A DNA stretch of 40,613 bases from Patescibacteria group bacterium. Lineage in GTDB: Bacteria; Patescibacteriota; 4484-211. The stretch lies in contig JAHJGY010000018.1 in assembly GCA_018824115.1 (NCBI GenBank), positions 1 to 40,613 on the forward strand. Direction: 5' to 3'. Position 1 is the stretch's first letter; every line of letters begins with the position of its first letter. Both the position numbers and the translations under genes were made by a program. The notes under the pieces are model-generated. The model searched no databases and was not told the DNA's origin. It saw nothing but the letters and a program-made list of their open reading frames with translations. This document shows, piece by piece, positions 36,316 through 40,613 of the stretch.

Positions 36316-37464
36316 CTATCTTGTACACCAAGTGTCTGTGTAACCTAGGCTCCCGAATAATTTAAGGCCTAGAGCGTTAATTATACCATAGCTTGGTAAG
36401 CGACGTGCAAGTTTTGGGGAGATAGTCCTGTAGAGATAGAAAAAATAGGAGCCGAGTAGGATAAGCGTAAGGATGTTGCTGTAGACGAATTTTGGAATAA
36501 GAGTGAAGTAGATGAACCAATCTTTTAGATCGGCCTGCTGGTAATGGATCATCGCTATAGTATTGTAGATTATAGATGTTATGAGTTGGATGCCCGTGAC
36601 AATGTAGATAGTGGCTACATATTGGGGAGGGCTGGGGTTGGCGCGCATAAAGAGGGAGAGTAAGATTAGGCCTAATGTGCCAATGAACAGCAGATGGCCA
36701 ATAACGTCCTGGATTACTGATGGGGGATAATGGAGGAAGTTTCTAAGTACAATTAACCCGTTGTAGGTCCAGCGGATTCGCTGTTTACGTAAGGAAGATA
36801 GATTATCCGGGACTTTGGTCCAGCTCGTTGCTCGAGGAATTATTCTTACCAGCCAGCCCAATTCCTTGATGCGGGCGGTTATCGCGTAATCCTCGATAAG
36901 AATACTCTCATTAAACCCTCCAGCCTGTTCTAGTGCTTGGTAACGGAATGCGGTAAGCATGCCTGGCATTACCATAGGTCCCTGGAAGACCTCATTATCG
37001 GCTAATTTTGTGATATTAAAGCCATGATATTCTAGGCTTTGTAATCTGGTTAGTAGATTTCTGTTTTTATTCCTAATTTTAACGAGAGAGCAAACAGCGC
37101 CGAGTTGGTTATTTCCGTAGAGAGCTTTAGTAAGGATGGTAATGGTGTCTTTCTCAATGAGGACGTCGTCGTCAAAGGTAAGTATAATGTCCGGACGAAT
37201 GTTTTTTTGCTTTACGAACTCGAGGCCAAAATTTAAAGCCCCTGACTTATGTCTATTTTGCGTGGTGTGAATTACCTCTAGTCCAGGGAGGTATCTGGTA
37301 AGATTCATAATTTCAGTAAGTACGCGTTGGTGTTTTGCCGGAGTACAGTCGTCGACAACAATGATTTGAACCTCTGGATTCCAGAGATTCAGTGCACCCA
37401 CTAATTTGAGTGTTGTTGAAGAGGGTTTGTAAGTTGGGATAATGGCAACGACTTTCGTTTGCAT
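36316..37464 (-). CDS. processive GT2 glycosyltransferase (PgaC/IcaA/cellulose-synthase-like)
   Basis: VVDDC, KSGALN, FDDD, LQSLEY, IEDY, QRIRW (D,D,D,QxxRW signature); C-terminal TM helices. Confidence 0.88.
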   Translation of the reverse strand: MQTKVVAIIPTYKPSSTTLKLVGALNLWNPEVQIIVVDDCTPAKHQRVLTEIMNLTRYLPGLEVIHTTQNRHKSGALNFGLEFVKQKNIRPDIILTFDDDVLIEKDTITILTKALYGNNQLGAVCSLVKIRNKNRNLLTRLQSLEYHGFNITKLADNEVFQGPMVMPGMLTAFRYQALEQAGGFNESILIEDYAITARIKELGWLVRIIPRATSWTKVPDNLSSLRKQRIRWTYNGLIVLRNFLHYPPSVIQDVIGHLLFIGTLGLILLSLFMRANPSPPQYVATIYIVTGIQLITSIIYNTIAMIHYQQADLKDWFIYFTLIPKFVYSNILTLILLGSYFFYLYRTISPKLARRLPSYGIINALGLKLFGSLGYTDTWCTR

Positions 37465-37548
37465 GGGCAGCTTGCATTATACCACACGCTAGAGGATACT
37501 TGACGTGGAGCGTGAGAGCAAACAAAGCAGGTTTATAGGATTAATGTA

Positions 37549-38184
37549 TTAGAGTCGGAGAAATGACTTTAAGAAGGTTTCTTCCTCACCGATGGTAGTT
37601 GTTTCTCCGTGCCCGGGGTAAACAGTTGTTTCTCCTGGCAGGGCTAATATCCTCTTTAGAGAATGTTGGAGTTGTTCAAAATTGCCATAAGAGAAGTCTG
37701 TTCTGCCGATGCCCTTTTTAAAGAGCGTGTCTCCGGAGAGGAGGATTTTGTATTTTTTGCTGTACAGGCATACGCCGCCAGGCGTGTGTCCGGGCGTGTG
37801 AATAACCTGGAGTTTTACTATTCCAAAGGAGATAAACTGTCCCTCGGTCAGAAATTGGTCTACCTGAGGCGCCGGTACTGCTGTTTGGACTTTTGTCCAG
37901 TAATCAGCGCTTTGGGCGGCGTTTTTTAAGATAGCCTGGTCGGCTTTATGCAGATATAGGGGAATATTTAGTGTAAGCTTGAGATCGGTGATGCCAAGAA
38001 CGTGGTCGAAATGGCCGTGCGTGGCGATGATCGCCCGGGGGATGCATTGGTTTTGCTGGAGTTTGGCAATAAGAAAATCGGCGTCGTCACCGGGGTCAAT
38101 AATGGCTGTTCGATGGGTCTGTTCGCAGATGACAAAATAACAATTAGCTTGGAGCTGTCCAACGGGAAAGGTGAGGATTTTCAT
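37549..38184 (-). CDS. MBL-fold metallo-hydrolase (YcbL/glyoxalase II-like)
   Basis: NCY, IIDPG, THGHFDH, HTPGHTPG, SGDTLF, PGHG. Confidence 0.92.
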   Translation of the reverse strand: MKILTFPVGQLQANCYFVICEQTHRTAIIDPGDDADFLIAKLQQNQCIPRAIIATHGHFDHVLGITDLKLTLNIPLYLHKADQAILKNAAQSADYWTKVQTAVPAPQVDQFLTEGQFISFGIVKLQVIHTPGHTPGGVCLYSKKYKILLSGDTLFKKGIGRTDFSYGNFEQLQHSLKRILALPGETTVYPGHGETTTIGEEETFLKSFLRL

Positions 38185-38207
38185 TTACGTCTTGGCGGTT
38201 TTCGAGG

Positions 38208-39242
38208 TTAATGTTCGGATTTGCGGCGCTTTTTTTCTTTTAAGCGTTTTTCTTCCGAGTCAGTAAGTCTCCCGCCATGCCGCTCCTCGCGCATGAGGAA
38301 TGTATCATAATCTTCCAGAGCACTGGCTACTGCCTCTTCGGCTTTTTCCAGTAATTCGGCCGATGCGGGATCTTCGGCTAGAAGTGCTTTTTGTGCTGAC
38401 GTTACTGCGGACTGTAACCCAGCTTGGAAGCTAATTCTAGGAATTCCGGAAATAGCATCATTTAAGCGGCTTAGTCGCTCCCAGGGCCTTAGCTGTCCTT
38501 GTATTCGGTCAGATTCGGCACGCAGGGCGGTAAAGTCTTCAACGGGAATTCTTTCTTGGTCCAGAGTGTCTACTAGGTTTTGGTCTAGGCTGGCAAGCAT
38601 TTCCGAAAAGATAAGCTGGGCTTCTGGAGGTAATTGGGCGATTCTTTCCCGGAGATTTGTTAATGTATCTGCCAAGCCTTGAGCCTGGCGTTCAGCTACT
38701 TCCACGTTATCGGTAAGTCTTTTCCCCTCCTCCTGATTTGCCACTTCTGTTTCTGCCACTGTTTCTTCTTGCGGAGCTGGAACAATTTCCTCTGCCGGGG
38801 TAGCAACCTCGGCCGCAGATTTGGGTGTAAGGTGCGTCTCTTGGATTGCCTTTACTATTAGCCCGTCTTGTACCAATATTTCCGGCCGAAAGTTGTCCGG
38901 CCGTCCTTCTACAACGGCCAGGGGGACAGGTTTACCGTCTTCATCATGTGTGTAGACTAATACTGCCTGCACAGGCTTGCCATTTGTTTCCGGGTCTTTG
39001 ACTGGTTCTCGCCGGTACACGGCCTCCATTGATACTTGCGAGCGTTTGTCTTCTGTACCGAGAACGCCTCGGCCATCGTAAAAATTACCCTCGTGGTCGA
39101 GTAGTGTTACCGGGGTAACTCGGATGACTCCGTCCCCAAGTAACCGCTGGATTCTCGTCTCGTCGGTTTCTACGGGCGCGGTTGTCTCTGAAGGAACTCC
39201 TGCTTCCACTCCCGCTCTTTGTTGTGATCCTGTCATAACCAT
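38208..39242 (-). CDS. hypothetical acidic/helical protein
   Basis: Long ORF; TTGACA-17-TAGAGT at 39252-39280; no recognised family. Confidence 0.7.
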   Translation of the reverse strand: MVMTGSQQRAGVEAGVPSETTAPVETDETRIQRLLGDGVIRVTPVTLLDHEGNFYDGRGVLGTEDKRSQVSMEAVYRREPVKDPETNGKPVQAVLVYTHDEDGKPVPLAVVEGRPDNFRPEILVQDGLIVKAIQETHLTPKSAAEVATPAEEIVPAPQEETVAETEVANQEEGKRLTDNVEVAERQAQGLADTLTNLRERIAQLPPEAQLIFSEMLASLDQNLVDTLDQERIPVEDFTALRAESDRIQGQLRPWERLSRLNDAISGIPRISFQAGLQSAVTSAQKALLAEDPASAELLEKAEEAVASALEDYDTFLMREERHGGRLTDSEEKRLKEKKRRKSEH

Positions 39243-39304
39243 ATCAATAATACTCTACAGTTGTACGCTAGAGGTGTCAAGGAGATATTCCGGGTAGGCG
39301 GGTT

Positions 39305-39339
39305 TAGGGATCATCCCTAAAATAGGGATGATCCCTATT
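39305..39339. repeat. double-palindrome element, copy 2
   Basis: TAGGGATCATCCCTAAAATAGGGATGATCCCTATT, identical to 26805-26839. Confidence 0.85.
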
Positions 39340-39359
39340 ATTTGCCTTTAAGTCAGGGT

Positions 39360-40613
39360 TTATTCCCAGCCGCGGAGTCGGTAGTACTCGGTGAGCATTT
39401 TCTCAAAATTTTCTTTACCAATGGCTATGGTTTGATCTCTAATTTCCATAGGATAATCCATTATTCTGGTTGGAACGGAGTCATTTTCCTTAGTTAGTCC
39501 CAGTTTCTTATTGATCTCTCGTTCTTTCTGGACAATTCTCTCTCCGAATTCCTGGGGAGTATTAGCTGGTAATTCAACGTTAAATAAGACTTCGAAGCTT
39601 TTGATATATGAATCGTTGTCCAAGAAATCGCCGGCAAACATACAAATACCAATACTGTCTCGGAAAGCGGATTGGTTTTGCTCACTAATGACGAGCGCGG
39701 CTTTGTTTTCTGTACTTAACGCGGTTGATTTGTCTGCTAATTCGGCCCATAGAGTTAGACCTTTGCAGTGATCTCCTCCGGTAGGGCAGGTGGCGTAGTG
39801 GAGAATTCCTCCCCAGGTTCCGCGCGGATCCCAAGCGGGTAATTCTAGCCCTTTGGCATGGGCCAGGTTAGAAGGTGTTCCGGGGAATTTTTCCGCGGCA
39901 CGAATTGAGCCCTCGGCTAGAACATCTCCAATACCTTTTCTATCTCCGATCAACTTGATTAGTTCTAATTCTTTCTCAATAGTTACTGGTTGATCGTTAA
40001 TTAATCCTTTTTCTACGCATTCTTTGTACCAGGCAATAGTGGCGCCGGTACTAATAGTGTCAAGGCCATAGTCATCGCAGAGATAAGCGGCTTCGCTAAT
40101 GGCGTTTAAGTCGAAGTTACCGCAGCTAGCTCCTAGTGCCCAGATAGATTCATATTCTGGCCCGTGGATCTCTTCTTGGCGGTAGGAAGTTTTAACATAA
40201 CGCGTGCAGGCCAGGGGGCAGGACCAGCATGCGGATTTTTTAGTGACTATCTTTTGGAAAGCTTTGTAACCAATGGAATTAAGTTCCTCTGCCGTTAGGT
40301 GATTGCGGCGGTAGTTACTGGCCGGGTACGTTTGTGAGTTCGAGGAGATATTTGTGGCGATTGGTGTGCAGTGAGAGAGAAAATCTGGGCTTTGTTCGTA
40401 TTCAAGCCGTTTTTTGGTGAGATCCTTAATTAGTTCGGTTACTTCGGGTTTGTTCGCTGTCTGACTCATTGTTTGGTTCCTTTTTACAACAATGGCTTTA
40501 AGTTTTTTATAGCCAAAGTGCCAGCCAGTACCAGTTCGGCCGGCGGCGCGGTCATCAAATTTAAGACAGGCAAACCGGGCCAGGTTTTCTCCACCCCGGC
40601 CAATACAGCCAAC
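39360..40613 (-). CDS. aldehyde:ferredoxin oxidoreductase (AOR) family protein, 5' end outside the window
   Basis: Frame stays open to the edge (IGRGGENL..AAGR..KKLKAIVV); CWSCPLAC, GPEYES, CDDYGLDTIS, KGLELPAWDPRG, EYYRLRGW. Confidence 0.9.
   Translation of the reverse strand, partial: VGCIGRGGENLARFACLKFDDRAAGRTGTGWHFGYKKLKAIVVKRNQTMSQTANKPEVTELIKDLTKKRLEYEQSPDFLSHCTPIATNISSNSQTYPASNYRRNHLTAEELNSIGYKAFQKIVTKKSACWSCPLACTRYVKTSYRQEEIHGPEYESIWALGASCGNFDLNAISEAAYLCDDYGLDTISTGATIAWYKECVEKGLINDQPVTIEKELELIKLIGDRKGIGDVLAEGSIRAAEKFPGTPSNLAHAKGLELPAWDPRGTWGGILHYATCPTGGDHCKGLTLWAELADKSTALSTENKAALVISEQNQSAFRDSIGICMFAGDFLDNDSYIKSFEVLFNVELPANTPQEFGERIVQKEREINKKLGLTKENDSVPTRIMDYPMEIRDQTIAIGKENFEKMLTEYYRLRGWE

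Noticed and set aside
40440-40500. Frameshift or pseudogene in the AOR gene
   Set aside because: Manual translation shows 48 in-frame sense codons from 40613 to 40470 carrying AOR motifs.

Overview
Gene-dense bacterial chromosome segment using genetic code 11. It resembles a reduced Patescibacteria (CPR; Microgenomates/WWE3-like) genome. That assignment is an inference from the archaeal-type ValRS and ProRS, shortened Pgk, TpiA and TsaB, DUF5667 and DUF1189-like proteins, and scarce Shine-Dalgarno (SD) sites. The housekeeping backbone is valS, rplY, pgk, tpiA, recF, holA, rpsT, murJ, lepA, proS, tsaE and tsaB. Envelope genes include GT2/GT4 glycosyltransferases, an LCP protein, an L,D-transpeptidase-CapA fusion, and a sortase with LPxT substrates. 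An aldehyde:ferredoxin oxidoreductase-family gene runs off the right edge. Five observations stand out. (1) There are two expression grammars: many genes look leaderless (-10 box exactly 6 nt before ATG), while four scattered, GC-richer orphan or degenerate-enzyme genes are self-contained cassettes (TGnTATAAT, a leader with a GCAC motif, a strong SD and a long large-loop 3' stem). (2) A sortase locus contains a 66-aa protein that is almost only a VLG-LPxT sorting signal, lying downstream of a processive GT2. (3) A dispersed hairpin family AATGA-stem-GAATT shows compensatory changes, alongside nested REP-like elements. (4) A ~260-nt structured intergenic element lies upstream of tsaE. (5) Several enzymes have substituted catalytic motifs. 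No rRNA, tRNA, CRISPR array, integrase or transposase was seen.
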